Counted from the first letter of the stretch, positions 37,904 through 46,673 are shown. The stretch is DNA of 64,000 bases from Candidatus Fermentithermobacillaceae bacterium UBA3951 (GCA_002385465.1 DGDN01000043.1:2927-66926), one strand, 5' to 3'. Notes: generated from the sequence alone by a model not told the origin. Made by a program: numbers and translations.

Positions 37904-37933
37904 ATTATCACACGGAACCTAGCCTTAAGGCAA
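37904..37933 (-). promoter_or_regulatory. Candidate sigma-A promoter for the trpS T-box leader
   Basis: Minus strand TTGCCT, 18 nt, then TGtGATAAT (extended -10). Confidence 0.45.
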
Positions 37934-38001
37934 ATGGAATCCGGTCCGGGTATTCTCGAAACGCACGAATGTCTTTATGCATATGGGCGCACGCTTGAGA
38001 T

Positions 38002-38175
38002 ATGCACGTGATCATAGGGACTATTTCTGTGCTCATAGGGATATACACGCTCTCCTGGGCCTGGGCTCTGGCGAAAAGAAGGATGTGGGCCGGGGTTTTT
38101 TGGAGCATCGTCCTTGCTTTCTCAGCCACCGGGCTTACGCTCTTTTACCTGTTTCGACACGCATTCTACCCTTAG
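38002..38175 (+). CDS. Small hydrophobic protein (57 aa, two predicted TM), unknown function
   Basis: Hand translation gives MHVIIGTISVLIGIYTLSWAWALAKRRMWAGVFWSIVLAFSATGLTLFYLFRHAFYP*. It is below the 60-aa track cut-off, has a weak Shine-Dalgarno, and its GC3 is consistent with the genome. Confidence 0.3.
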   Translation: MHVIIGTISVLIGIYTLSWAWALAKRRMWAGVFWSIVLAFSATGLTLFYLFRHAFYP

Positions 38176-38189
38176 GAGCGAAACGCTCA

Positions 38190-38228
38190 TTTTCGGAAAA
38201 AAGGTCCCGGGCACCTGCCCGGGCGCTC
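38190..38228 (-). terminator. Intrinsic terminator after the LuxR-family regulator gene (possibly bidirectional)
   Basis: CCCGGGCA-cc-TGCCCGGG hairpin at 38205-38225, followed on the minus strand by CCTTTTTTCC. Confidence 0.55.
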
Positions 38229-38281
38229 TCGCTGCTCTTTTCGCATCTCGGGGGGGAGATATGCGATAAAGAAACAACTTC

Positions 38282-38968
38282 TCATTGGTGTTCATCGAGC
38301 TCGTAGAACACCTCAAGAGGGGCGTAAGGCCCATATTTATGGGACGAAAGACTCTTGACCGCGTAGAGCGCCGCTTTGGTCCTATCTGAAACCCCTATTT
38401 TCCGGAAAATGCTGTACAGGTGGTTCTTTACCGTCTTCTCGCTGATGTACAGGGTCTCGGCGATGGCCCTGTTGGAAAGCCCGCGCGCGACCAACGACAA
38501 GACTTCCAGCTCCCGGTCGCTCAGTTCATCCGGGGGCAAGAAGCCACCTTGGCCGTCTCCCACATGCTGTGAGGCGGCCCTTTTCAAGATCGGGGCCGCA
38601 ACGTACAGGTCTCCCCTGGAAGCTGCCTCGAGTGAAGCCAGAATCTGATCGGGGCCTGCGCTTTCGTCCAGTATTGCGCTTATACCCATGCTGTGGCCAA
38701 AGGAGAAATCGCTGATTCCTAGGTTTTCAAGGATCAAGACAATCCTCGCACTGGGAAAGCGTTTTCTGAGAGATGCCAGCGAGTCTCGCAGCCTGGCCTT
38801 GTTGGGCCCTGACTGGAGGATAATCACTTCAAACTTGTCTCGAGCATGCTTCTTCTCGCCCGGCCCGAGGGCCGCATATGACGCGTTCACGTATCTTTGC
38901 CTTGAGAGAATATGCTGAATACTTCTCTGCCAAGAAGGCTTTTCATAGGTAACCAGTATATTGAGCAT
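38282..38968 (-). CDS. LuxR/GerE-type HTH transcriptional regulator with degenerate (pseudo-)receiver domain
   Basis: The C-terminus has a GerE HTH (LSDRELEVLSLVARGLSNRAIAETLYISEKTVKNHL). The N-terminal domain has a receiver fold, but the key residues are replaced (ILVTYEK in place of the acidic pair and VIILQSG in place of the phospho-Asp). The start at MLNILV follows GGGAGG. Confidence 0.8.
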   Translation of the reverse strand: MLNILVTYEKPSWQRSIQHILSRQRYVNASYAALGPGEKKHARDKFEVIILQSGPNKARLRDSLASLRKRFPSARIVLILENLGISDFSFGHSMGISAILDESAGPDQILASLEAASRGDLYVAAPILKRAASQHVGDGQGGFLPPDELSDRELEVLSLVARGLSNRAIAETLYISEKTVKNHLYSIFRKIGVSDRTKAALYAVKSLSSHKYGPYAPLEVFYELDEHQ

Positions 38969-39058
38969 AGCCCCGCCTCCCTGCGAGGATAAATCCACAC
39001 GGTTATAATCGGAAAAGTGGAGCGTGAAATAAGTCCTACGTCTCTTGCAGGAGGGGGG

Positions 39059-39598
39059 TTATTGTGGGATAGGGGCGCCGTCTGTGTCTTCTTCGTGCTC
39101 AATTCTGAATCTGTCCATCTGCCTTAGGACTCGCCTTTCCAGGATCCGCACTATCCTGGTGCCGAAGAACTCCCGATGTCCTATTCTCTCAACGAGGACC
39201 GTATAGCAACCCATCAGATTGCCTCCTAAGACGTCGGTGAAAACCTGGTCTCCGATAACGCAAGCTTCGGCGGGAGAAGCGTTCACCTTCTCCAGGGCGC
39301 GCCGGAAGAACCGCTGGATTGGCTTTCTGGCCCCAACAACCAGCTGGGTTTCAAGCTGCTCCGACATTTTCTGTATCGTCGGTGAAGGTCTTGCGTTGGT
39401 CAGTATGACCGTCCTGAAACCCTCGTCGTGGAGTGTCCGAAACCACTCGGCAAGCTCTCCGGCCACGCGGTAATCGCGCCAGGGGACAAGCGTGTTGTCA
39501 AGGTCTGTGAGGATGGCGCTTATATTCCTCTCCCTAAGCCACGGTATAGGGAGATCGTATATGGATTTGAGCCGTAAGTTTGGGGTCAAGAGGCGCAT
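39059..39598 (-). CDS. yqeG: YqeG-family HAD-IIIA phosphatase
   Basis: ILTDLDNTLVPW HAD motif I, aligning residue-for-residue with the B. subtilis YqeG N-terminus from MRLLTPN. Confidence 0.8.
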   Translation of the reverse strand: MRLLTPNLRLKSIYDLPIPWLRERNISAILTDLDNTLVPWRDYRVAGELAEWFRTLHDEGFRTVILTNARPSPTIQKMSEQLETQLVVGARKPIQRFFRRALEKVNASPAEACVIGDQVFTDVLGGNLMGCYTVLVERIGHREFFGTRIVRILERRVLRQMDRFRIEHEEDTDGAPIPQ

Positions 39599-39691
39599 GG
39601 GCCCTCTGCCCTTGAGTTCCAGATACTGAGCCAACGAGACACCCCCACCTATCTTACCAGAATGGTGGAGGGTCCATGAAAGGTTGCGGCT

Positions 39692-40393
39692 TTACTGGAC
39701 GAACATCTGACAGGACTTGGCCAGCTTCGATAACGCCCTTTTCTCGATGCGACTTACGTATGACCGTGAAATGCCCAGCAGCCTCGCAATTTCCCGCTGG
39801 GTCTTCTGAGGTTTGCCCGAAAGCCCGTATCTCAGCTCAAGGACTTCCCTCTCCTTCTCGTCGAGGATTTGAAGCTTTGAGAGAACGTTCTCCGCCTGGA
39901 CCTTGGCCGTGACGACTTCGGCGACGTCACCGTCTTCGTCTCTCACGAGATCGATGTAGGTGACTTCTCCCTCATCATCTTCGGAGGACAAAGGGTCGAA
40001 AAGGTGGAGCTCCGTCTTATCGTTCTTTGTTGCCCTGAGGTACATGAGGATCTCGTTCTCAATGCACTTGGACGCGTATGTTGCCAGCCTGGTGCCCTTA
40101 TCCGCCCGGTAGGTGTTTATGGCCTTGACGAGCCCTATGCTCCCGATCGATATCATATCCTCAATGTCTTGAGGGTTCGGATCGAACTTCTTCACTATGT
40201 GTGCAACGAGACGCAGGTTGTGTTCCACAAGGGTATTCCTGCTGTTAATATCGCCCCTTTTCACTCCGTTAAGGCAGTTTTGTTCCTCTTCTTCAGATAG
40301 AGGATGCGGGAAGTTGTTTCCACCTATGAAACCCAGAGAGGCCTCAAGGACCTTGATAATAAGCTGAGCAATGCCGTGAAGGGCGTTTACCAC
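39692..40393 (-). CDS. sigK: Sporulation sigma factor sigma-K (uninterrupted, with pro-sequence)
   Basis: Pro-region MVNALHGIAQLIIKVLEASLGFIGGNNFPHPLSEEEE matches the B. subtilis pro-sigma-K region around KNNAFPQPLSSSEE. Regions 2 and 4 (IEHNLRLVAHIVKKF, KTQREIARLLGISRSYVSRIEKRAL) are close to SigK. The GTG start follows GGAGGGTAGG. Confidence 0.8.
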   Translation of the reverse strand: MVNALHGIAQLIIKVLEASLGFIGGNNFPHPLSEEEEQNCLNGVKRGDINSRNTLVEHNLRLVAHIVKKFDPNPQDIEDMISIGSIGLVKAINTYRADKGTRLATYASKCIENEILMYLRATKNDKTELHLFDPLSSEDDEGEVTYIDLVRDEDGDVAEVVTAKVQAENVLSKLQILDEKEREVLELRYGLSGKPQKTQREIARLLGISRSYVSRIEKRALSKLAKSCQMFVQ

Positions 40394-40438
40394 GCTGCCT
40401 ACCCTCCGTACATTGGGTTTGAGGACCCTACATCATAT

Positions 40439-42061
40439 TCAGGGTAAAGGCCTCGTGTGCGTGTCCGGCCTGAGAAGCCTTTCTGCTATGTCGTGAAAGA
40501 TGGGAGCAGCCACAGTGGGACCGTCTCCGCCTTCTTCGACGAAGACGACGATAACGTACTTGGGCGCGATAAGTGGCGTCCACCCGGCGAACCAGGCATG
40601 AGGTTTCCCGTCTCTGTGCCCTGTTTCTGCGGTGCCGGTCTTACCTGCCGAGCCGAATCCGTCTATGTAGGCGGCCTGACCCGTTCCGCTTCGGGTGGCA
40701 AGGAGAAGCGCCGATTGGAGTGTCCCGGCCGTTTCTTCGCCGAAAAGCCTCTTTAGGGTCTTATCGGAGCCGGGGATGAGTTCGGGGCTTTTCCACATGC
40801 CGCCATCCACGATCGAACGGTAAAATGCCGCTACCTGGAGGGGCGTGACCAACAGGTAACCCTGGCCGATCGCCAGGTTGGCCAAGTCGCCGAGGTACAT
40901 ACTATGGGCATTGGGCAGCACTCCGGGCGATTCTTCCGGCAGCTCCAAACCTGTCTTTTCCCCAAACCCAGAGAGCCGGGCGAACTCCACGAGCTCCCGG
41001 GCAGGGATCCTTTGTACGCACTGGATCAGGGCTGAATTGCAGGAGTATGCCAGGGCTTCTTTGACCGTGACCGTCCCGTGGCCGCTTTCGCGGGAACCGC
41101 ATGCTACTACCCTGTCGCCGACCTCGATGCTGCCTTCGCAAAGAAATGAGTCGGTCTCTCTCACGTACCCCTTATCCAGCAAAAGAGCCATGACAACCGT
41201 TTTCCACACCGACCCCGGGGGGAAAGCAGAGATCGCGCGGTTCACAAACGGGGAGTCGTGGTCGTCCATACACCTCTCGGGGTGATTTTGATCGTAGTTT
41301 GGCCTGGACGCCATGGCCAGGACCTCACCTGTCGCCGCATCCAGTACGAGCGCAGCTCCCTTCCTTACGCCCCTTTCGTCCAGGACGTCTTCTACGGCCA
41401 GCTGAACGGAGACATCGAGAGTAGTCCGTAGATCCGACGGTTTATCCTGGGGCGGCACAACCCGGATGCCGAGCCCGGGGATCCCGGTGCCTTCACCTGT
41501 TAGAACGACTCCGGCTGACGAGGGATACCTCCCCGATAGGGAATCCTGGAACCACTTCTCGAGCCCGCCTTCACCGACGTTGTCTCTGGGGTTTACGTAG
41601 GCATTGGTCCTAACGTGCCCAACTACGTGGCGGGCGAGCGACGAGGGCCCGTACCGTATTTCTTCCGGGACTACGGCCCAACCCTCCCCCCTCTCTCTCC
41701 CCAATACCTCGTCCACCTGTTCGGGTGACGCTTCCCTCACAACCTTTTCGGCCACCGGATCCTTCGAGCCGGCGCCTGCCGAGAGGCGGGCGATGGCGTT
41801 TCCCCATACGGGATAGTGGAGGGGGATCCCGTGCCTGTCCACGATGTTTCCCCGGGACAGCCCCACCGGGATCCCCATGTACCTTTGGTAGAAGGCGGGT
41901 TCCACGAACCTATCCGACTGGAGCGGTCCTATGAGCTGATACCGTACAAGGAGACCGAGGAGGCAGAAGAATATAAGCGAGACGGACGCTTTAACAAGCT
42001 CTATCCGTCTCTCGGACTCCTGGTTACCCGGCCTCGACCTAGACGCCTGCAAGCGATTCAC
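40439..42061 (-). CDS. spoVD: Class B penicillin-binding protein (SpoVD/FtsI-like transpeptidase)
   Basis: N-terminal TM and PBP dimer domain, with transpeptidase motifs SVWK, SCN and KTGTA. A sporulation role is inferred only from its position next to sigK. Confidence 0.7.
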   Translation of the reverse strand: MNRLQASRSRPGNQESERRIELVKASVSLIFFCLLGLLVRYQLIGPLQSDRFVEPAFYQRYMGIPVGLSRGNIVDRHGIPLHYPVWGNAIARLSAGAGSKDPVAEKVVREASPEQVDEVLGRERGEGWAVVPEEIRYGPSSLARHVVGHVRTNAYVNPRDNVGEGGLEKWFQDSLSGRYPSSAGVVLTGEGTGIPGLGIRVVPPQDKPSDLRTTLDVSVQLAVEDVLDERGVRKGAALVLDAATGEVLAMASRPNYDQNHPERCMDDHDSPFVNRAISAFPPGSVWKTVVMALLLDKGYVRETDSFLCEGSIEVGDRVVACGSRESGHGTVTVKEALAYSCNSALIQCVQRIPARELVEFARLSGFGEKTGLELPEESPGVLPNAHSMYLGDLANLAIGQGYLLVTPLQVAAFYRSIVDGGMWKSPELIPGSDKTLKRLFGEETAGTLQSALLLATRSGTGQAAYIDGFGSAGKTGTAETGHRDGKPHAWFAGWTPLIAPKYVIVVFVEEGGDGPTVAAPIFHDIAERLLRPDTHTRPLP

Positions 42062-42620
42062 GGGTATCTCTAAGCGCCTTAAGGTCTTCTTCCATGGCCG
42101 AAGAAAACTCCTTGAGCGACGACACCCTGTCGACCTGGCTTTGTTCCAGCCACCTTGCCAGATTTGCCGAATGCTCTTCGATTACTCTGGCGGCTTCTCT
42201 AATGCGCTTCCTGAGTCCCGCGATTTCCTCTCTAAGGCGCGTGCCCTCCTTTGATAGGACAGCCATCCTTGAGAGCCCCTTTATGAACGGGACTATGTCC
42301 TGCCCAGACTCCTCAGTGGAACGGACCAAATCTTGGAGGTAATCCAGGAAACCTTCTTCCCGTGATTGGGGTCCTTCCATTGCGGCAGGTTCTGTCTCTC
42401 CAGCTCTCGACTCACGCCCCTCAGTCCCCTGGTTCCTTACCTGATAGTACTTCCATCGAGCAGTGAGCCACGAAATGCGGTTCTTCTCGGCATATTCTTT
42501 GAGCGCCTGGGTGATGGACGCTCCTTGCAGTACGCGTCCCTCTACAAACTCTCTGAGGTCCGCTTCTTTACCTTCTTTCCATCGATATCTGGGTGACCTG
42601 GCGGTTGTTCCCAAAGACAT
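42039..42620 (-). CDS. RsfA-family (Myb-like) sporulation transcription regulator, putative
   Basis: RYRWKEGKEADLREFVEGRVLQGASITQALKEYAEKNRISWLTARWKYYQV aligns by eye with the RsfA Myb-like region (AWT..LLLAETVLRHIREGGTQL.AFEEVG..L.RT.AACRFRWNSLVRKQY). The C-terminal half is coiled-coil. Confidence 0.5.
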   Translation of the reverse strand: MSLGTTARSPRYRWKEGKEADLREFVEGRVLQGASITQALKEYAEKNRISWLTARWKYYQVRNQGTEGRESRAGETEPAAMEGPQSREEGFLDYLQDLVRSTEESGQDIVPFIKGLSRMAVLSKEGTRLREEIAGLRKRIREAARVIEEHSANLARWLEQSQVDRVSSLKEFSSAMEEDLKALRDTRESLAGV

Positions 42621-42846
42621 CCAGCTCCTTTCTTTTTCTGGCAGTATATGTTTCCTATTTTCGGGCGAGTTTTATTCAACCTACAGTCTGTCCGGTGCTT
42701 TTTCCGTACAGGTTCGTATGGACAGGTAAGGGCGCCGGCAGGTTGCGTAAACCGGCACAATCCGGGGATAATCAGAACCGGATGGGCGTACCGGCTTAGC
42801 TGCATAAGACGTCCGGCCGCCCAAGATGCTGAGGTGGGCTGAAAAC

Positions 42847-43980
42847 ATGAACATAGCCATGGTTAGCGACAGCTACTATCCCTACATATCAGGAGTTACA
42901 CGCGCGGTATCCACGCTGAAAGAAACACTTCACAAAATGGGGCACCGGGTAACGCTTTATTGTCCGGCTTACCCGGGCGCACAGCCCGAGGAAGGGGTAA
43001 AGAGGCTTCCTTCCCTCAGGTCTCCCACCAATGCTACGTACTACGTAGCCATACCGCCCTTTCTTGGTCTGAGAAGGTCGCTCGTCGGGAGCCGGCCCGA
43101 TGTCATACACATACACTCGCCTTTCAACCTGAGCAGGGCAGGGTACTCCATAGGCCGTCGCTACGGCATACCGGTGGTAATGACCTACCATACGATGTAC
43201 AACCTCTATTCCCACTACGTGCCGGTGGGAGGCAAGCGCGTCTCCCAGACCGTGGAGCGGATGGCGTTCAGGGTGGCAAATGCAGTGGACGCTGTGGTAA
43301 CCCCGTCTAGCGTCCTGTCCGACTACCTCAGAGAACGCGGGATCCGGACACCCCTCTTCCCTATCCCCAACGGGATCCCCGTGGAGGATTTTCAGGGAGG
43401 CGACCCGCACTACGCCCGCGACCGCTACGGTATACCGGGTGACATCCCCGTCATCATCTCCTGTGGCAGGCTGGGGGTTGAGAAAAACATAGAGGTACTC
43501 CTCAGGGCTTTCGCCCGCGTTCGGGCAAAGAAGGACGCAGCGCTACTGCTGGTTGGCGACGGCCCCCTCCGGGAACACCTTCAGAAACTGGCATATTCCC
43601 TTGGTGTTGGCGGCAGGGTCTTCTTTGTGGGTTCAGTCCCGCCGGAGGCAATGCCGCACATGTACGCCTCTGCGGACCTCTTCATGTTCGCGTCCCTCAC
43701 CGACACGCAAGGCTTGGTGCTCGTGGAGGCTAAGGCCGCAGGCTTGCCCGCGGTGGCCGTCGGCGCCCTGGGTGTGAAAGACATGGTAATCGACGGAGAG
43801 GACGGGTACCTGTGCGCCAACGACCCGGATGAGCTCGCCGATAAGGCGAGCTACCTCCTGGACAACCCCGGGGTCCTCTCCATGATGCAGGAGGCTGCAA
43901 AAAAGAACGCCATGGCCTTTTCCAAGGAGGCAGCAGCGTCCAAGATACTGGCCTGCTACGAATCGGTGATGCGCGGTTAG
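42847..43980 (+). CDS. GT4-family glycosyltransferase
   Basis: GT-B fold with an N-terminal MNIAMVSDSYYPYISGV and a C-terminal EX7E-like region (GLVLVEAKAAGLPAVA). The start is taken at the M at track-ORF residue 8. Confidence 0.8.
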   Translation: MNIAMVSDSYYPYISGVTRAVSTLKETLHKMGHRVTLYCPAYPGAQPEEGVKRLPSLRSPTNATYYVAIPPFLGLRRSLVGSRPDVIHIHSPFNLSRAGYSIGRRYGIPVVMTYHTMYNLYSHYVPVGGKRVSQTVERMAFRVANAVDAVVTPSSVLSDYLRERGIRTPLFPIPNGIPVEDFQGGDPHYARDRYGIPGDIPVIISCGRLGVEKNIEVLLRAFARVRAKKDAALLLVGDGPLREHLQKLAYSLGVGGRVFFVGSVPPEAMPHMYASADLFMFASLTDTQGLVLVEAKAAGLPAVAVGALGVKDMVIDGEDGYLCANDPDELADKASYLLDNPGVLSMMQEAAKKNAMAFSKEAAASKILACYESVMRG

Positions 43981-43989
43981 TACGGCGTG

Positions 43990-45465
43990 CTAGGCCGGCC
44001 GTTCAACTCGACCTCGCCGGGACAGCGCCTCCATGTACACCTCGGTATACATGGCAGCCGACTTGTTCCACGAGAAGTCGGTCTCCATAGCCTGCTTAAC
44101 TATATGGTTCCAGGTTGACCGGTCTCTGTATTTGTCGAGCGCGCGGTCAAGTGCAGCTACCAGGTCTTCGGCTTCGTAGCGGTCGAACAGAAACCCGGTT
44201 CCCGTGCCCGTTGAAACGTCATACTCACTTACGGTATCTGCAATGCCGCCGGTCCTACGGGCAACCGGGATCGAACCGTACCTCATGGCTATGAGCTGGC
44301 CCAGGCCACAAGGCTCGAACCTGGACGGCATGAGGAACATGTCAGAACCGGCATAGATCCGCTGGGCCAGGATTCCGTTGAAGCCTGTGGTGACAGACAC
44401 TTTTCCCGGATGGGACCGGGCCAGAGACCGGAAGGCCTCCTCGTAGCGCTCGTCGCCGGACCCGAGAAGCACGAACTGGAGCGGCCGCGAGAGGATCTCC
44501 GGCATGGCCTCAAGCAGTACGTCCAAACCCTTTTGGTCGACCAACCTGGAGACCATCCCTACGAGGGGCTCATGAGACAACGAAAGCCCCAACTCCCTTT
44601 GAAGGGCCAGTTTGTTGTCGACTTTTGCACCTAGGTTCCTGCTGTCATACGTCTTGAACAACCGCGGATCGGACGACGGGTCATATTCGTGGTAGTTTAT
44701 GCCGTTCACGATCCCGTATAGGTCACTGCCACGCTTCCTCAAGACGCCGTCAAGACCTTCGCCGAATTCCGGCGTCTGGATTTCTCGCGCATAAGTCTCC
44801 GATACGGTGTTTATGACATCTGCAAAGAGAAGACCCGCCTTCATGAAACTCACGTCGCCGTAAAACTCCACTCCTCCGGGAGTAAAATACTCTTCCCCCA
44901 AACCCAGAAGACCCAGGGTGACCTTTGGAAACCGGCCTTGGTACCGGAGGTTATGTATGGTGAAAACCGATGCGGTCTCGTTCCATAGGGCGCTGTGCCT
45001 TCCCCGGATGCGGATGAGCAGGGGGATGAACCCTGACTGCCAGTCGTTTAAGTGGACTACATCCGGACGGAAGCCCAATTCCTCGCAGAGGGGCAAGATC
45101 GAGAGGTTGAAAAAGGCAAACCTCTCTGCGTCGTCTTCGTATCCATAGAGCCGGTCCCGGTCGAAATAGTGGTAGTTGTCGACGAAATAGACGGGCACCT
45201 CTTTGGTGCCGCGGGAAGACTTGGCCTCTATCCGGGAACGCCTTACAATGCACGTCTCTTTCCTTTGCCCGACTTCTACCGGGAAGTCGGTAACCGTCGC
45301 GTAATCTCCAATGCGGCGATACCTTGGGAGCACAACCCTCACATCGTTGCCCTGAACCGCCAGAGCTTTGGGAAGGGAGCCGGCCACGTCTGCCAGTCCT
45401 CCCGTCTTGGCGAAAGGGGCTACTTCGCTGGCAACCACGAGTATCTTGAGTCCTGTGTCGAGCAT
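43990..45465 (-). CDS. glgA: Glycogen (starch) synthase GlgA
   Basis: KILVVASEVAPFAKTGGLADV GT5 motif. The start at MLDTGLKIL is preceded by GGGAGG and overlaps the upstream stop in a TAATG arrangement. Confidence 0.9.
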   Translation of the reverse strand: MLDTGLKILVVASEVAPFAKTGGLADVAGSLPKALAVQGNDVRVVLPRYRRIGDYATVTDFPVEVGQRKETCIVRRSRIEAKSSRGTKEVPVYFVDNYHYFDRDRLYGYEDDAERFAFFNLSILPLCEELGFRPDVVHLNDWQSGFIPLLIRIRGRHSALWNETASVFTIHNLRYQGRFPKVTLGLLGLGEEYFTPGGVEFYGDVSFMKAGLLFADVINTVSETYAREIQTPEFGEGLDGVLRKRGSDLYGIVNGINYHEYDPSSDPRLFKTYDSRNLGAKVDNKLALQRELGLSLSHEPLVGMVSRLVDQKGLDVLLEAMPEILSRPLQFVLLGSGDERYEEAFRSLARSHPGKVSVTTGFNGILAQRIYAGSDMFLMPSRFEPCGLGQLIAMRYGSIPVARRTGGIADTVSEYDVSTGTGTGFLFDRYEAEDLVAALDRALDKYRDRSTWNHIVKQAMETDFSWNKSAAMYTEVYMEALSRRGRVERPA

Positions 45466-46535
45466 TATGTGGCCTCCCAACTCCCCATCGCCCCGGCGAA
45501 CTCCCTGGTTGCGAGTTCAGGCGATGTGGGGTTTATGTACGTGCCGCTTCCCAACTCGAGCCCGGCCTCGGTGTTGAGCCTGGGGTAGACGTGGATATGG
45601 GCGTGATAGGGCCACCCTCGCTTGGTCTTCACGGACGAAGGCAGACCGTGGAAGACCATGTTGTAAGGCAATGCCGAGAACATGGACTCGTATGCTCCAA
45701 ATAGCTGTCGAATGGTAGCGGCGAGGTCATCCATCAGCGCATCGTTCATCTCTGTGAACCCGGAAACGTGCTCCGCGGGCACAATGAGGGTCTCGTAAGC
45801 CCGCCTTGAAGCGAAAGGCGAAAGGACGAGAAACCGGTCGTTCCTGAGTATCACCCGCACGTCCTTCTCGGCTTCACGCTCCAGAAGGTCGCACATGAGG
45901 CATCTACGGGTCTTGGATTCGTAGTCCTTCAGGCGTTGCCCTTCCAGCAAGATAGCCGGGGGCATGACGGGCAACGCGATGATCTGAAAGTGGGGATGGG
46001 TGAGCGACGCTCCCGCTGTCTTTCCACTGTTCTTAAAGACCTGGACGTAGGAGATGTCACTCGAGTCGTACATGGCCGCGCATCTCTCCTTGATGGCTTC
46101 CAGCACCTTCTTCATGTGGCCAGTGGAGTACGAGCCCAGAGAGCCGTTGTGTGCGGGGGATTCCACGACGACCTCGTGGAAACCCACTCCCGGAGCTTGC
46201 CAGTACAAAGCCCCCTCGGGAGAGTCGGGGAACGGAGGAACCCTCCACGCATCATCTTCTGCCATCCCGTGAGGCCTGGAGATAAGAGCCGGGAACTTAT
46301 TCGGTACCACCCGCACCGTCCAGCCTGGGCTATCGGCGTTTCCTTCCGTGCGATTCGCCCACACCTCGGGCGGGGTCTCCCGCTCGTTCCCAGGACAAAA
46401 CGGACACTTAGGATCCCTTTCGGGCAATTCGCCGGCTCCGTCCTGCGCGGACCTGTAATCGGAAGGCCTTTTCGACCTTTCTTGAGCGATGATTGCGAAG
46501 CCTGCGCTCAACACATCAAACCGGATCTCAGGCAA
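45465..46535 (-). CDS. galT: GalT-family (HIT superfamily) hexose-1-phosphate nucleotidyltransferase
   Basis: Zn site CPFCPGNE and active-site HPHFQI (HxHxQ), with VFKNSG and HAHIHVYP aligning with the E. coli GalT VFENKG / HPHGQI / HAHFYP segments. Confidence 0.8.
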   Translation of the reverse strand: MPEIRFDVLSAGFAIIAQERSKRPSDYRSAQDGAGELPERDPKCPFCPGNERETPPEVWANRTEGNADSPGWTVRVVPNKFPALISRPHGMAEDDAWRVPPFPDSPEGALYWQAPGVGFHEVVVESPAHNGSLGSYSTGHMKKVLEAIKERCAAMYDSSDISYVQVFKNSGKTAGASLTHPHFQIIALPVMPPAILLEGQRLKDYESKTRRCLMCDLLEREAEKDVRVILRNDRFLVLSPFASRRAYETLIVPAEHVSGFTEMNDALMDDLAATIRQLFGAYESMFSALPYNMVFHGLPSSVKTKRGWPYHAHIHVYPRLNTEAGLELGSGTYINPTSPELATREFAGAMGSWEAT

Positions 46536-46613
46536 ACGTATCGTCCTCTCAAGTTGGGCTCAGTGCTTTGACCCTTCGTTGGGCTCCCGGTAGTGCTACG
46601 CATCGTGCTTTAG

Positions 46614-46648
46614 GGGAACAAAAGGGGTAGTCAAGATACTACCCCTTC
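46614..46648 (-). terminator. Intrinsic terminator downstream of the CotF-repeat gene
   Basis: Minus strand AAGGGGTAGT-atcttg-ACTACCCCTT 10-bp stem followed by TTGTT. It lies between the coat gene stop (46674) and the galT start (46535). Confidence 0.6.
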
Positions 46649-46673
46649 TTGTGTTCCTTCGTCGTACGCGTCT

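Noticed and set aside
37908-38129. 73-aa minus-strand ORF upstream of the trpS T-box promoter
   Set aside because: It overlaps the candidate promoter and the more convincing plus-strand 57-aa double-TM frame, has no SD and looks non-coding.
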